This document shows, in pieces, positions 63,182 to 64,000 of a stretch of 64,000 bases of DNA; position 1 is the first letter of the stretch, and every line of letters starts with the position of its first letter. Source of the stretch: Candidatus Obscuribacterales bacterium (lineage in GTDB: Bacteria > Cyanobacteriota > Vampirovibrionia > Obscuribacterales > Obscuribacteraceae). A program made the translations under genes and the position numbers. The notes below the pieces were generated by a model that saw nothing but the letters and a program-made list of their open reading frames with translations, ran no database searches and was not told the origin of the DNA. The stretch covers positions 2,176,001-2,240,000 of the forward strand of contig CBDDIJ010000003.1 in assembly GCA_965228855.1 (NCBI GenBank). Reading direction: 5' to 3'.

Positions 63182-64000
63182 CTCGATGAGTTCTTTCGTT
63201 GCATTGACTGGTGCCGCCGAGCCTGGACTGCCATGCCAATCATGGCCCTTGTATTTCGGTAGCGTGATGCTGCGGATCTTTGCTCCTGTCGGCGCTTCCC
63301 AATCTCGCTCAATCACCGCTTCCGTTGAATCCTCTTTGATGGAAACTGCCTTTTCCTTATCATTTATCGAGTTTCCTCGAAGGTATCGTTGCAGAGTTCT
63401 CTCTTCCGAATCCATGTGCAGCCCGAACCAGCGACCATCAATCGGCGCCACTGAATCACGCTCTGACTGAATCGACATGAAATTCATACCTGGCGGGACA
63501 GGCTTCTCTTTTCCTGTCGTCCAACCGCTTACATCTACGAGGTTCGCTGGACGATACTTCTCTGGAAGTTCAGCCGCGGCTCTATGGGCGAAACTTGCGC
63601 CTTGCGAATAGCCGGTCAGAGTAATTCTATCGAGGTCAACGTTGTAATTTTTATTCAGTTGATCCAACACCGCAGTCGTGTAGCCTACATCATCTGTCTT
63701 GGAAAACGGATACTGCCCATTGTTGTAGGAGATGTCCTTTTTCGGATTACCACTCATGTAGAGAACGAACATGCCGTTCTCATCAGCCTCTTTGCTGAGG
63801 CCGGTCAATTCTTCCAAACCCGCGGCACCAGCTTTGGTACCACCGGGACCAGGCTTGTCACCCCATCCATTGAAGACAACTAACACCGGTGCAGGTTTCT
63901 GCGCATCGTAGTTCTTCGGCACATGCATAAATATCTCGCGCTGCGTTCCATCTACCGAAACCGACATCGGGACAGTGCTACCCTTTTCCACGCTCTCCGG
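63152..64000 (-). CDS. Alpha/beta-hydrolase, PHB-depolymerase/LpqC-like esterase (5' end probably outside window)
   Basis: HVP..YD...PAPVLVVFNG, DDVGY, RITLTGYSQGA (GxSxG), SERD, GHDWHG; the frame stays open to the window edge. Confidence 0.85.
   Translation of the reverse strand, partial: PESVEKGSTVPMSVSVDGTQREIFMHVPKNYDAQKPAPVLVVFNGWGDKPGPGGTKAGAAGLEELTGLSKEADENGMFVLYMSGNPKKDISYNNGQYPFSKTDDVGYTTAVLDQLNKNYNVDLDRITLTGYSQGASFAHRAAAELPEKYRPANLVDVSGWTTGKEKPVPPGMNFMSIQSERDSVAPIDGRWFGLHMDSEERTLQRYLRGNSINDKEKAVSIKEDSTEAVIERDWEAPTGAKIRSITLPKYKGHDWHGSPGSAAPVNATKELIEFIKGKRRGS

Overview
A 64 kb bacterial chromosomal window with no rRNA, tRNA, CRISPR or mobile element that I can support. The gene content (several Hanks Ser/Thr kinases, many TPR proteins, a cyanobacterial-type ferredoxin-dependent glutamate synthase, no photosynthesis genes) suggests a non-photosynthetic cyanobacterial relative such as Vampirovibrionia/Obscuribacterales; this is inference only. 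The left half holds housekeeping and signalling genes: MoxR plus a partial DUF58-like gene, an AI-2E transporter, TPR proteins, nadC, an SDR, two tandem membrane kinases with atypical catalytic loops, a REC-Hpt-REC-REC-degenerate GGDEF regulator, ppsR-ppdK divergent from glutamate synthase, a zinc-ribbon protein and a kinase-TM-LRR-TPR receptor. The right half is one 28.6 kb ORF (33818-62410, 9530 aa). It encodes a signal-peptide-bearing, Gly/Thr/Asn/Ser-rich, probably beta-helical surface protein built from three repeat families, with a Lys-rich pre-terminal segment and a compact C-terminal domain. I recognise no Type I, Type V, Type IX, sortase or SLH export/anchor signal and no transporter gene beside it, so it is the best candidate for an undescribed system. 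Other points of interest are a possible attenuator before glutamate synthase, a likely c-di-GMP receptor with an intact I-site, and a 4 x 40 bp repeat spanning the stop codons of two convergent genes.
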